64,000 nucleotides of DNA from Dehalococcoidia bacterium (lineage in GTDB: Bacteria; Chloroflexota; Dehalococcoidia; Lucifugimonadales; VXLM01): the NCBI GenBank assembly GCA_963662435.1, contig OY759598.1, forward strand, positions 1,954,507-2,018,506, written 5' to 3'. The translations under genes and the position numbers were made by a program. Positions 1-10,200 of this stretch are shown here, one piece after another. The stretch's first letter is position 1; every line of letters starts with the position of its first letter. The notes under the pieces were generated by a model. That model ran no database searches. It was given only the letters and a program-made list of their open reading frames with translations, and was not told where the DNA came from.

Positions 1-777
1 CGCCTCGATGGTCTTGATGAGGTCGATGTCGAAGCAGTACCTCCACAGGGCGGCGTAGGCCGCGTCAGTGCAGGCCACTAGCTGCCGCACGGTCACAATC
101 CCGTCTTTGATGCGGTAGAGGGCGCAGCCTTCGACTTCGCTTTCCCGGTACTCGATATAGAAGTTGGTTGCTTTGCCGGTCTTTCCTTTCGAAGGGAATT
201 CAAAATAGGCGTCCCACCACGGTTTTGGGGGCCGGACCACGCCTGCGCGATTCGCCGCGGCCCTCCGGTAGACCTCGGGGAAGACCTCTCGTGCGCGCTC
301 GGGCTTGATTATCTTGATGGAGCCATCCCACGTGTATTCCTGCCGGTATGCGGTGCGATGCGGCTCGATCTTCCAGTTTTCGTGCTCGCTGGCAATGCCG
401 TACCCGAAGCGACCATAGATCGGGGCTTCAGAAGCTTCAAGCGCCGACAGGATGGTGCCGTCTTCGTGGGCCGCAGTGAGTTGCCGCTTCATCATCTCGG
501 TGAGGAGGCCGCGCCTGCGGTGTGAGGGCAGGACGGTCACGCCTCCGATGCAGGCGGCAGTCACGCTTCCGCCGGGGACCGTCATTTCGAGGGGATAGCA
601 TTCCGTGAATCCGACGGGATCGGGGCCGTCGAATGCCGCCATGCTCTGCCCGATCTTTGCCCATTCTTGGGCGAAAGGCAGTCGTGCCTTGTCGAAGTGG
701 CCGCCGAAAGCCCACGACTCCATCTCCATCGCGGCCGGCAGCTCTTCGTCTGTTATCGGCCGGTATTCGATGGGCAT
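1..777 (-). CDS. Eis-like GNAT acetyltransferase, 3' part runs off the window
   Basis: Not in the ORF track. My translation from ATG at 777 gives MPIEYRPITDEELPAA...ACIGGVTVLPSHRRRGLLTEMM...EASEAPIYGRFGYG and stays open to base 1. Paralog of 1015..2187. Confidence 0.9.
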   Translation of the reverse strand, partial: MPIEYRPITDEELPAAMEMESWAFGGHFDKARLPFAQEWAKIGQSMAAFDGPDPVGFTECYPLEMTVPGGSVTAACIGGVTVLPSHRRRGLLTEMMKRQLTAAHEDGTILSALEASEAPIYGRFGYGIASEHENWKIEPHRTAYRQEYTWDGSIKIIKPERAREVFPEVYRRAAANRAGVVRPPKPWWDAYFEFPSKGKTGKATNFYIEYRESEVEGCALYRIKDGIVTVRQLVACTDAAYAALWRYCFDIDLIKTIEA

Positions 778-1014
778 ACAAGTTCTCTACAATTCTGGTG
801 TTCAGTTGCGGGAGATGCCTGCCTGCAACGCGTCCATCTTCGTGCAGAATACCTAAGCTTGGCGGCTAATGGAAGTATTATATCTCCAAAAGTACTGTAA
901 TATGGACAGTAACTAGGAAGTGCGACCCTATATGGCTCTTCGGAGTTTCCGACGACGTTGGCTTGGTGAATCCGCAGTGCTTGGACGATTGCCCAAACAC
1001 GGTCGCATTTCCCC

Positions 1015-2187
1015 CTACGTCAGCATCGGCGACCACGGCTTCAACGGCGTCGCGAACATCGCGTCCGCATGTTGGAGTGCGCCGGAGGTGTTTTCAGCCA
1101 CCCGCCCCGCGTGAGCTAGCGGCGTGAATGGGAAGCCACCGAGATACGGCACGGCCAGGTCGTCGGCAGCTAGATTGATGTCGGGCGACTTCGTGGTCGG
1201 CGTGCAGGCAGCGCCCGACGGGCCACCTTTCAGTTCGAAGATACCGTCGTTCCATGGGCAGAACTCGTCGCGGACCTCGAAGACGATCTCGCCTTCCTGC
1301 GTGTACGTCCTGGAAGACAGGGCCTTCGGGACGTCGATCAGTCGGAGCCACGTGCGGTCGTAGGGCTTTCGCTCAAGTGCCCTGGCATCGTGGAGCATCC
1401 ACATGAGCGGATCGTCGGTTGGCCTGGCCCATGCCTTGATGGTCTTGACGAGATCAATGTTGAAGCAATAGTCCCACAGAGCGGCGTGTGCCGCCTCCGT
1501 GCGGGCAATTAGCATGCTGACCATGACCACCTGTTCCTTGATCTGGTAGATGGCCCAGCCTTCAACGTCCCCTTCCCGGTACTCCACGTAGTAGTTGGGC
1601 TTCTTGTCGTCGATCATGTTGGGCCACCATGGACTCGGCGGCTGAACGACTCCGGCGCGGCTCCCGGCCGATCGCCAATAGACCTCCGGAAAGACCTCGC
1701 GGGCGCGGTCGGTCGTTACCATGTGAATCGAGCCGTCCCACTTGTATTCCCGCCGGTACCCTGTTCGCCGTCGATCGATCTCCCAGTTGTCATACATGGC
1801 AGCTATACCGTACCCGTACCGCCCGTAGATCGGGGCCTCTGACGCTTCGAGCGCCGACAGGATGGTGCCGTCTTCGTGGGCAGCAGTGAGTTGACGCTTC
1901 ATCATCTCCGTGAGCAAGCCTCGCCTGCGGTGAGAGGGCAGGACGGTCACCCCGCCGATGCAGGCAGTGGTGACGACTCCGCCGGGGACGGTCATTTCCA
2001 GCGGGAAGCGCTCCGTGACTCCCACGGCGTCGGAACCGTCGAAGGCGCCGATGTACTCTCCCAGCTCTAACCATTCGCGCGCTCTTGGCAAGTTCGACTC
2101 ATCGAACTGCTCGTGGAAGGCCCACGCCTGGGTACGCGTGGCGGAATCAAGATCGTCTTCGGTTATTCGGCGGTATTCAATGGGCAT
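1015..2187 (-). CDS. Eis-like GNAT acetyltransferase with C-terminal SCP2-like domain
   Basis: VTVLPSHRRRGLL acetyl-CoA motif, ASEAPIYGRYGYG, WLRLIDVPKAL, DEFCPWNDG; 390 aa. Confidence 0.92.
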   Translation of the reverse strand: MPIEYRRITEDDLDSATRTQAWAFHEQFDESNLPRAREWLELGEYIGAFDGSDAVGVTERFPLEMTVPGGVVTTACIGGVTVLPSHRRRGLLTEMMKRQLTAAHEDGTILSALEASEAPIYGRYGYGIAAMYDNWEIDRRRTGYRREYKWDGSIHMVTTDRAREVFPEVYWRSAGSRAGVVQPPSPWWPNMIDDKKPNYYVEYREGDVEGWAIYQIKEQVVMVSMLIARTEAAHAALWDYCFNIDLVKTIKAWARPTDDPLMWMLHDARALERKPYDRTWLRLIDVPKALSSRTYTQEGEIVFEVRDEFCPWNDGIFELKGGPSGAACTPTTKSPDINLAADDLAVPYLGGFPFTPLAHAGRVAENTSGALQHADAMFATPLKPWSPMLT

Positions 2188-2292
2188 GGGAGGCTAGAGC
2201 TCTTGGCGTGTTTCATTTCCAATGACGCTGGACTACAATGCGTTGCGCCTCAACACAGTGTATCAAGCAAGATTGCCAAAGGGAAAAACACC

Positions 2293-3879
2293 ATGCCAAA
2301 ACCACCTGATTATGGACTGATATACAACTGGGACGGAAACCCGCACGGGTACTCGGAGTATCCCCAGACGATGGAGCAGTTCCTCGACAAGGTCTACGGT
2401 CCCATGGAGGACACCCAGGTCAAGGCGCACTTCTGGTGCGTGGGAGAGCACGCGGCCCGGTGGGAGAGCGACGAGATGGAGACCGTCGGAGACGTTCATG
2501 GCCGGGTGTACGAGAGCGCGCGGACCTACACGTTCAACGAAAATGTCAGGGCCATGATCAAGAGGGGCGAGGACCCGCAGGCAGAGATCATCACGCGTGG
2601 CCACGAACTCGGGATGGCGGTCTGGGCCTCGGTACGGATGAACGACAACCACTTCGGGGGCGCGCAGCCGTCCGACCTGTCGACGATGCGTCACTCCGAG
2701 TTGACGCGCATGAGGATAGAACACCCCGAATGGGTGCTCGGCGACAAGACGACGCCGTGGTTCGCACTCTCTTGGAACCTCGAACATCCCGAGGTGAGAG
2801 AGGCTCGCTTCCAGCACGTCGATGAGGTAGCCCGGCGCTGGGAGTGGGACGGCATCGAGCTCGACTGGCAGCGTCACGGGTTCCACCTGCCGGACGACTA
2901 CGGCTACCGGATGCGCTACGTCATCACCGACGTGCAGCGCGCCGCGCGCCGGGTCACGGACGAGCTGGCGGAGCAGCGAGGCAGGCCGTACTACCTCGCC
3001 GTGCGGGTGTCGGGCACACCGGAGATGTCGTACCGCATCGGCTACGACGTGGAGACGTGGATCAAGGACGGGCTGGTGGACATACTCATCCCTGCTGGCG
3101 GAGCGCACACCGACCCCCTGGTCGCCGTCGAGGAGTATCTCGAGTTGTGCGAGGGGACGGATGTCGCGGTATATCCCGGCTTCGACGCCCGCGTGGACGG
3201 GTGGGACTGGACGGGATTCGTAGGGCCTGAGCCACCCCTGCTCAAGGACCAGATGCGGACCCGCGCTGTGGCGAGCCAGTGGCACGCGGCAGGGTCGGAC
3301 GGCATCTATCTCTTCAACTGGCATGCCAACCGCGACTCCCGCAGGGAGCTCATGAACCAGGTCGGCTCCGTTGACACGCTGGCGGGCACCGGCAAGATCT
3401 TCGCGGCAGCGCACCGGTACAGGGACGCGTTCGGCACGACCGGCCAGTCATGGGCGGGAGCTTTCGACAATGACCGCCTCTGGGGCGAAATTCCCGTGCC
3501 GCTCAAATCGACGATGACCGGCGAGGGCCCTACCATCACCATCGATCAGGCCGACGACCTGGAGGCCAACGCACCGGCGTGCGTACAACTGCGGGTGCTC
3601 CTCCAGGAGTGGGTTGTTGGCGACGTCGTGAAGCTCTACTGGGACGGCGTGGAGCGCTCCGACGTGCGCCGTGAGTACCATCTTGCCGAGGACGCCGCAG
3701 GGAATCCGATGGACGCGCAGATCTACGATGTCGGAGACGCGTCGTGGTTCCTGCTCGACCTCACCACCACCGAGGCGGCAAAGGGAAAGCACACGGTCAA
3801 GGTCGTCCTGGAGCACCGAAACCCGCAGGTGGTCAGCGACGTTGTGCTCACCAACGCGGAGATCCTGGTCACGTACTGA
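2293..3879 (+). CDS. Glycoside hydrolase family 10-like (GHL10) TIM-barrel protein
   Basis: YNWDG, ASVRMNDNH, WDGIELDWQR, DGIYLFNW motifs; start taken at MPKPPDYG. Confidence 0.7.
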   Translation: MPKPPDYGLIYNWDGNPHGYSEYPQTMEQFLDKVYGPMEDTQVKAHFWCVGEHAARWESDEMETVGDVHGRVYESARTYTFNENVRAMIKRGEDPQAEIITRGHELGMAVWASVRMNDNHFGGAQPSDLSTMRHSELTRMRIEHPEWVLGDKTTPWFALSWNLEHPEVREARFQHVDEVARRWEWDGIELDWQRHGFHLPDDYGYRMRYVITDVQRAARRVTDELAEQRGRPYYLAVRVSGTPEMSYRIGYDVETWIKDGLVDILIPAGGAHTDPLVAVEEYLELCEGTDVAVYPGFDARVDGWDWTGFVGPEPPLLKDQMRTRAVASQWHAAGSDGIYLFNWHANRDSRRELMNQVGSVDTLAGTGKIFAAAHRYRDAFGTTGQSWAGAFDNDRLWGEIPVPLKSTMTGEGPTITIDQADDLEANAPACVQLRVLLQEWVVGDVVKLYWDGVERSDVRREYHLAEDAAGNPMDAQIYDVGDASWFLLDLTTTEAAKGKHTVKVVLEHRNPQVVSDVVLTNAEILVTY

Positions 3880-3917
3880 GGGACTCAGATTAGCGGTGGC
3901 GTGTGGCCTCAGCGGCG

Positions 3918-4268
3918 TCAGCCGAACCAGATGCCGAGGTACTTCGTGAACCAGAACAGCCCTGCGTAAGTCACCGCACCCGACAGGACGAGGATGACGA
4001 GCATCCAGCGATAGGCGTACGCCCCACGGATGTTGCACTGGTTCCGTCCGCGCAGAAACAGGACGACCGCGATCACGGCAACGATCAGCCCCGCCGTCCG
4101 GAAGAACCAACCGTACTCGTAGTACAGCGTGTCGCCAAGCGTTACGGCCTCGGCCGCCGTCGCGATGCCGAGCAGCACGAATACGACGGGCGAGACGCAG
4201 CACGTTATCGCGACGAATCCCGACGCCAAGCCGAAGAGGATGCCTTTCTTAGGTTCAATGGAGGACAT
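3918..4268 (-). CDS. Small 3-TM membrane protein, MerT-like (Cys-Cys in first helix)
   Basis: AITCCVSP in TM1, later NQCNI; three hydrophobic segments. Confidence 0.55.
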   Translation of the reverse strand: MSSIEPKKGILFGLASGFVAITCCVSPVVFVLLGIATAAEAVTLGDTLYYEYGWFFRTAGLIVAVIAVVLFLRGRNQCNIRGAYAYRWMLVILVLSGAVTYAGLFWFTKYLGIWFG

Positions 4269-4422
4269 GGGTCTTGGGTGTAGGGTGCTAGATGCTGGGA
4301 GTCTGGGACACTTGCGCCGTCCCTATCTTTCCACTTTAGCATACCGTTAGGGTGAATTATGACTTGTGGAATAGCCTTGTAACTGTTCAGGCTTCGTGAG
4401 AGCGCTCAACACACACAGCCAC

Positions 4423-4461
4423 CGTCATACCCGCGAAGGCGGGTATCCACAGGGGTTGGGG
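4423..4461. repeat. REP-like palindrome, family 1 (GTCATACCCGCG-AAG-GCGGGTATCCA)
   Basis: Related copies at about 32404-32476 (two), 33918-33946 and 60484-60510. Confidence 0.75.
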
Positions 4462-4513
4462 ATTTTCACCCCATGAACTCTGAACAGTTTCACCCCCACC
4501 TCCGCCCGTTTGC

Positions 4514-4543
4514 TTGACCCTTCTTCAAGGCCGTTGCTATGAT
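4514..4543 (+). promoter_or_regulatory. Putative sigma70 promoter of the coaE-cbbQ operon
   Basis: TTGACC-N18-TATGAT with TG extension, about 30 nt upstream of coaE. Confidence 0.5.
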
Positions 4544-4572
4544 GTGTAGGTTGAAATCGGTGACCTGAGGCT

Positions 4573-5187
4573 ATGTTCGTCATAGGACTTACAGGCGGGA
4601 TCGGGACCGGCAAGTCGACGGTCTCCGGGCTCCTTAATGAACTGGGAGCCGAGGTCATCGAGGCGGACAAGGTTGCCCATGCGGCGTATGAACCTGGTAC
4701 GCCCGGATGGCAGAAGGTCGTCGAAGCGTTCGGGGAAGGCGTCCTCGACGCGGACGGTAAGGTCGACCGAACGGCGCTCGGCGGCATCGTGTTCGGCGAT
4801 GAGGAGGCTCGCAAGAGACTGAACGCAATCATCCACCCTATCGTCCGACGACTCCTCGAGGAGAGCATCACCGGACTTGATCGCGATGGAGCGCGGGTCG
4901 CAGTCGTCGAGGTCCCCCTGCTGATCGAGGCCATCAAGCAGCAGTCCCAGTGGACGAAGATGCTCGATGAGACATGGGTGGTCACCGCCCCCGCAAAGCA
5001 GGTCATCGAAAGGGTGCGGGCGAGGAGTGACCTGGATGAGACAGCCATCAGGGCGCGAATCGAGTCCCAGGTGACGGAGCGAGAGCGGAACGAGTACGCC
5101 GATGCGATCATCGAAAACAGCGGCAGTCTCGAAGGGCTGCGATGCGAGGTAACGAACCTTTGGCGCGAGCGAGCGCCACACAATTAG
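4573..5187 (+). CDS. coaE: Dephospho-CoA kinase
   Basis: IGLTGGIGTGKSTV P-loop, IEADKVAH, LNAIIHP, EVPLLIE. Confidence 0.95.
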   Translation: MFVIGLTGGIGTGKSTVSGLLNELGAEVIEADKVAHAAYEPGTPGWQKVVEAFGEGVLDADGKVDRTALGGIVFGDEEARKRLNAIIHPIVRRLLEESITGLDRDGARVAVVEVPLLIEAIKQQSQWTKMLDETWVVTAPAKQVIERVRARSDLDETAIRARIESQVTERERNEYADAIIENSGSLEGLRCEVTNLWRERAPHN

Positions 5188-5203
5188 GATGTAACACCAC
5201 ACG

Positions 5204-6100
5204 ATGACGACCAAGACACAGACCCTATACCGCAGCTACATCATCGAGGAATACCACCTCACCGAGGAGCCGTACTACGTTCCCATCGGGGACGAGGTCG
5301 AGCTCTTCGAGGCCGCGTACAGATCGAAGATTCCCGTATTGTTCAAGGGCCCGACCGGTTGCGGCAAGACCCGCTTCGTCGAGTACATGTCCTACCGGCT
5401 GCGACAGCCGATGACGAGGATATCCCAGAACGACGGCGCTGCGCCGGACTCTTCGTCCAACGGAACCCTGCCCCTCGTGACCATCGCGTGTCATGAGGAC
5501 CTCACGGCCAGCGATCTCGTGGGCCGCTACCTCCTGCAGGGCGAGGAGACGATCTGGATCGACGGTCCGCTGACTCGCGCGGTCAAGGCGGGCGGCATCT
5601 GCTACCTCGACGAGATCGTCGAGGCCCGCAAGGACACGACTGTGCTCATCCACCCGTTGACCGACCACCGCCGCATCCTCCCAGTAGAGAAGAAGGGCGA
5701 GCTCCTGGAAGCCGCCGACGGCTTCCTGCTGGTGATGTCCTACAACCCCGGCTACCAGAGCGCATTGAAGGACCTGAAGCACAGCACGCGACAGCGGTTC
5801 GTCGCAATCGAGTTTGACTATCCCCCGAAGGAGACCGAGGCAGACATCGTGGCGCATGAATCTGGCGTCGACTTGGAAACGGCGATGGGCCTGGCCAAGC
5901 TCGGCGAGAAGGTGCGAAACCTCAAGGAGCACGGTCTGGCCGAGGGCGCAAGCACGCGCCTCCTGATCTACGCCGGGAAGATGATCGCCGGAGGCATCGA
6001 GCCGCGACGCGCATGCCAGGTGGCGGTGAACTGGGCCGTTACGGACGATCACTCGCTGCAGGCCAGTGTGGACGAGGTGATCAATTCGATTTTCGAGTAA
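5204..6100 (+). CDS. CbbQ/NirQ/NorQ-family MoxR AAA+ ATPase
   Basis: [15 protein letters not shown]alker [28 protein letters not shown]alker [22 protein letters not shown]. Confidence 0.93.
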   Translation: MTTKTQTLYRSYIIEEYHLTEEPYYVPIGDEVELFEAAYRSKIPVLFKGPTGCGKTRFVEYMSYRLRQPMTRISQNDGAAPDSSSNGTLPLVTIACHEDLTASDLVGRYLLQGEETIWIDGPLTRAVKAGGICYLDEIVEARKDTTVLIHPLTDHRRILPVEKKGELLEAADGFLLVMSYNPGYQSALKDLKHSTRQRFVAIEFDYPPKETEADIVAHESGVDLETAMGLAKLGEKVRNLKEHGLAEGASTRLLIYAGKMIAGGIEPRRACQVAVNWAVTDDHSLQASVDEVINSIFE

Positions 6101-6201
6101 TGCGACGGCGAACATCGTGGCATCCCTCCGAAGAGAGTGGCAAATGCGTCGCCGGAAACCGTTCGTTGCCTATCCATAAAACTTCGTTGCGTATCCAAAA
6201 G

Positions 6202-6267
6202 CCGTTCGTGGTGAGCTTGTCGAACCATGAACGGCGGACCGACACTTCGACAAGCCCAGGGTGAAGG
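6202..6267. repeat. REP-like element, family 2 (GTTCGTGGTGAGCTTGTCGAACCATGAAC...TTCGACAAGC)
   Basis: Related copies at 30759-30789 and 60393-60418. Confidence 0.75.
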
Positions 6268-6313
6268 GTTTAGCTCTTCCTCGCCCTCTAAGGTAAACCG
6301 CGCTTCCCTTTCT

Positions 6314-6931
6314 ATGCGAACACAAACCATGCCCGCAACACCGGTCGAGTCCGCGATCCGACGAGCGCTTGCCGGGCATTGCAAGCGCGAGATCGTAGAT
6401 CCCTCCATGGCCCGCGCCGGCGTCCTGGTCCTGTTGTACCCCAAGGACGGAATCACACAAGTTCTCTTCAATAAGCGCAGCGAGCATGTCGAGAAGCACA
6501 AGGGCGAGATCGCCTTTCCCGGTGGCGGATGGGAGTCGGGCGACGCCACGATCCTGGACACCGCCCTCCGCGAGACGTGGGAAGAGATGTCCATAGACCC
6601 TTCGGACGTGACAGTGCTGGGTGAGCTGGACGACATCGTGACCATCTCGGACTTTGTTGTCACACCCCACGTGGGGACGATTCCCGGCGGGTATGACTTC
6701 AAACCGAACATCGAAGTGGCCGAAGTCGTAGAGGTGCCCTTGGACGCCATCCTGAAGGGGCGGAACCTTCGAGACGACACCCGTCTCGTGAACGGCGAGA
6801 TCAAGCGGCGGGCGACGTATGCGCACGACGGCCACCTGATCTGGGGGGCGACCGGGATGATACTGGAGGGGTTTGTCCGAATCCTGAAGACCATCGACGA
6901 CGGAGAGGACTTGTGCAAGAACACGATGTAG
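6314..6931 (+). CDS. CoA pyrophosphatase (Nudix, NUDT7/PCD1 type)
   Basis: AGVLVLL, KRSEHVEKHKGEIAFPGG, TALRETWEEM, IWGATGMIL. Confidence 0.9.
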   Translation: MRTQTMPATPVESAIRRALAGHCKREIVDPSMARAGVLVLLYPKDGITQVLFNKRSEHVEKHKGEIAFPGGGWESGDATILDTALRETWEEMSIDPSDVTVLGELDDIVTISDFVVTPHVGTIPGGYDFKPNIEVAEVVEVPLDAILKGRNLRDDTRLVNGEIKRRATYAHDGHLIWGATGMILEGFVRILKTIDDGEDLCKNTM

Positions 6932-9900
6932 TACGCCAAAGAGTGCGCGCAGCGCTCGAGCAATACCCGCCCCTCGCTATCGAGGAGTTCGACCGGTCGT
7001 GGCACAAGATGTCCGACCTGCTGAATTCCATTCAGATCGCCACGTGGGCAGACACCGGACTCCGACTGGCGGGCCAGACCGTCCGCTCGTGGGAGTCTGC
7101 CGCTCAGTACTACAAGGCAAGCGCCAAGGTCGTGAGCCTCATGCCGTTCAGCCGCTTTGAGGAGTGGTCGGAATGCGGCATTCGACTCTGCCAGGACTCC
7201 CCTACCCTTGCCGCCTGCTACTTCAACGCGAGCCACGGCACCCTGCAAAAGCTCCGCGCGCGCCACGTCGAAGAGTGGGCGATGATGGGACGGCGCCTGT
7301 ACAAGGGTACGTGGAAGTCTGGCACCCTTGCCTGCAAGTTCTTTGAATCGAGCCCCAAGCTGGTCCAGTCGCTGGAAATCGAGGACCTTGACCGGTTCGT
7401 CGCGTTCCTCGAGTATGTCTCGCGACGTTCGTACGACGTGGCGACCGACTGCATCGTTCTGGGAGAAAGAATCTTCCCGGCGCTTGGTGAGCACAACCAG
7501 GCATTCATCGGGCTGGGCAACCAGGTGGCCGAGACCGGTTGGCGGCAGGTCAAGAGTGTCTTTGACGCGACCGCCCGCTCGCTGCCCAGGATTCAGGCGA
7601 GTCAGCGCGGACGCTTCATCGCGCTGGCGGACGCGCTGCGAGAGAGTGGTACCGGCAACCTCTCGGGCTCGATGCTTGAGGTGTCACAGGCGCTGTGGGA
7701 ACTCGACAACGAGTACCACGAGTCGGTGCTGGAGATGTCCGAGGACCTGATGACGCATGCACCGGGCGCGATACCCGACTTCATCAAGAGCTGTCCCAGG
7801 GCCCTCGAAAGAGTGACGATTATCCAGTTGCAGCAGTGGTACCTCGAAGGCGTGCGCGTGCTCGAGCGCAATCGCGACGCCGGCTTGGCCTACTTCAGGC
7901 TGGAGTCCTCCCATTCCCAGAGCGAGCTTGAAGCGCTCTCGGCGAACATCGAATTCGAAAAGATCAAGGACCTGATGGAGATGTACTGCCAGGCTCTTGC
8001 CGGGTCGGAGGTGAAAGTCGCCGCGAGCGAGGAACTGGCGGAGAAGCGCATAGGCTGGCTTACTCCCGACTCTCCGACCACCGAGGGTTCGACTGTCTAC
8101 GTCCCGGCCATCGCCGATCGCTACCAGACGAAGGACGAGAACTTCGCGCTGTTCAAGGTCGTCTCGACACACCAGGTTGCCAGACTGGAGTTCGGCAGCT
8201 TCTGGTTCGAGTTCGATACAGCGTCGACCGTGTTCAAGGACCTGCGTCCCACGCTTGAGAGCAAAGTCCGTGAAACCGTTGGGACCAACGACGACTTGAA
8301 CGAGGCTGTGACCGATATCCAGCGTCTCTTCAGTCTCTTGGAGGACAGAAAACTCTCGCTCGACCTATTCACCATCATCGAGGGCGGGCGGTTGGACATG
8401 CGCGTGCTGACCGAGTACCTCGGCATGAGGAAGAGCTACGCACGGGTACAGACCGACGCGCTCGCTTCGAGGCCTGAAATAACCCAGATGCCCGCCCGCG
8501 AGGCCATGGTCGAGTTCCTCGTCCGCGTGACTCTGCGGGAAGACGAGAGTTTGCCCACGCCGGTGAAGTACGAAGAAGAGGCCCGCAAGATCGCGTCCAT
8601 TGCGCGAAGGTCCAATGCCTTCGGGACGACGGTCGAGGACACGGCGGAGGCGATGCTTCGCATCTACGCGGTGCTGATGCAGATACCCAATGCACCGCTC
8701 GACGAGGACGAGTTCCAGGACCTCGACCTGGGCGACGACCAGGACGAGTCGTCTATGGAATCGGAGGCCGAGGACGACATAATCCAGCAGCTCATGGAGG
8801 GTCTCGGCGCGGAGTCGCCGGAGAAGTCTCCAGGCGAGCAGGAGTACGAGACCAGCCAGGACGTCGACTATCGAGGCGACTTCAAGCCGGAGATGGTGCA
8901 GCTCCTCGAACAGCTTCGCCTGCAGAAGGGCAGCGAGGGCTCCGCCGACGGTGATTCCCAGGAGATCACTCAGGAGATGCTCCAGGAGCTCATGCAGAAC
9001 AGCGCCGAGCTCGACCTCGACTCGATGGAGTTCGGTGAGGCGGAGGACATGACCGCCGACATGGCCCAGAATATGCTCAAAGAGGCCAGCATGACCGCGC
9101 CGTCGCACCCCGACCGAGGGCAGGGCCAGTTCGTGCACGTCGACGAGGACGGCGGCCCCATCGACCCGGACGAGCCGCAGACGTTCGTCTACGACGAGTG
9201 GGACTTCCGCGCTGAGGACTACAAGCCGCGCTGGTGCGTCGTGCGCCAGAAGCAGATGAGCGAGGGAGACCCCGCGTACTACGGCCAGACCCTTGCCGGC
9301 TACTCGACGCTGGTGAACCAGATCAGGCGGCAGTTCGAGCTTCTCGTGCCGGAGATGTTTCGCAAGCAGCGCAAGCTGGAGGACGGCGAGGAGATCGACA
9401 TCGACGACGTGATCGAGGCGATGGTCGATATCAGGACGGGCTCAAGTCCCAGCGACAAGCTCTACTGGCGGCGCAATAAGGTACAGCGCGACGTCGCCGT
9501 CGTGTTCCTGCTGGACACAAGCGCTTCGACCGCGGAGGCCGTCGACGAGTCGCGCAAGGGCGACGACTGGGACGCCCCCGACGATCCCGTCGAGTACATG
9601 ACATGGCTGCGGACGCGACGTGGCGAGGGCATGCGCCGGTCATACAAGCGCATCATCGACCTCGAAAAGGAGGCGTGCGTCCTGCTCATCAACGCCCTCG
9701 AGGCAGTCGGCGACCGCTACGGCATCTACGCCTTCTCCGGCTACGGTCGGGAGAACGTCGAGTTCTACACCATCAAGGACATCGAGGAAAACTTCTCGGA
9801 CAGCATCAAGAGACGGATTGACCGTGTGTCGCCCCTCCACGCCACGCGCATGGGGCCCGCAATCCGCCACGCGACGACCAAGCTGGACGCGCTGGACGCC

Positions 9901-10173
9901 AAGACCAAGCTCCTCTTCCTCATCAGCGACGGCAGGCCGCAGGACCGCGGCTACAGCCGCGAAGGGGTCGAGAAGGAATACGCCGTCCACGACACCAAGA
10001 TGGCCCTCGACGAGGCAAAGGCCAAGGACATCACGGCATTCGCGCTGACCGTCGACAAGAACGGCCACGACTACCTCGCCACCATGTGCCAGGACATGGG
10101 CTACGAGATCCTCGACGACATCCTCCAACTCCCACGCCGCCTGCTCTTCCTCTACCGCCGCCTGACGATGTGA
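6913..10173 (+). CDS. Large CbbO/NorD-like VWA-domain protein (MoxR adaptor)
   Basis: YDEWDFR..DY, GEEIDIDDVIEA, MIDAS residues LLDTSAST / TRMGPAIRH / LISDGRPQD; GTG start with GGAGAGG RBS; 1086 aa. Confidence 0.9.
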   Translation: MQEHDVVRQRVRAALEQYPPLAIEEFDRSWHKMSDLLNSIQIATWADTGLRLAGQTVRSWESAAQYYKASAKVVSLMPFSRFEEWSECGIRLCQDSPTLAACYFNASHGTLQKLRARHVEEWAMMGRRLYKGTWKSGTLACKFFESSPKLVQSLEIEDLDRFVAFLEYVSRRSYDVATDCIVLGERIFPALGEHNQAFIGLGNQVAETGWRQVKSVFDATARSLPRIQASQRGRFIALADALRESGTGNLSGSMLEVSQALWELDNEYHESVLEMSEDLMTHAPGAIPDFIKSCPRALERVTIIQLQQWYLEGVRVLERNRDAGLAYFRLESSHSQSELEALSANIEFEKIKDLMEMYCQALAGSEVKVAASEELAEKRIGWLTPDSPTTEGSTVYVPAIADRYQTKDENFALFKVVSTHQVARLEFGSFWFEFDTASTVFKDLRPTLESKVRETVGTNDDLNEAVTDIQRLFSLLEDRKLSLDLFTIIEGGRLDMRVLTEYLGMRKSYARVQTDALASRPEITQMPAREAMVEFLVRVTLREDESLPTPVKYEEEARKIASIARRSNAFGTTVEDTAEAMLRIYAVLMQIPNAPLDEDEFQDLDLGDDQDESSMESEAEDDIIQQLMEGLGAESPEKSPGEQEYETSQDVDYRGDFKPEMVQLLEQLRLQKGSEGSADGDSQEITQEMLQELMQNSAELDLDSMEFGEAEDMTADMAQNMLKEASMTAPSHPDRGQGQFVHVDEDGGPIDPDEPQTFVYDEWDFRAEDYKPRWCVVRQKQMSEGDPAYYGQTLAGYSTLVNQIRRQFELLVPEMFRKQRKLEDGEEIDIDDVIEAMVDIRTGSSPSDKLYWRRNKVQRDVAVVFLLDTSASTAEAVDESRKGDDWDAPDDPVEYMTWLRTRRGEGMRRSYKRIIDLEKEACVLLINALEAVGDRYGIYAFSGYGRENVEFYTIKDIEENFSDSIKRRIDRVSPLHATRMGPAIRHATTKLDALDAKTKLLFLISDGRPQDRGYSREGVEKEYAVHDTKMALDEAKAKDITAFALTVDKNGHDYLATMCQDMGYEILDDILQLPRRLLFLYRRLTM

Positions 10174-10174
10174 C

Positions 10175-10200
10175 GGGGCGATTCGCGAATCGCCCCTACG
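10175..10200. repeat. REP-like palindrome, family 3 (GGGGCGATTCGCGAATCGCCCCTAC)
   Basis: Perfect palindrome; related copies at 13325-13352 and 60291-60320. Confidence 0.8.
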
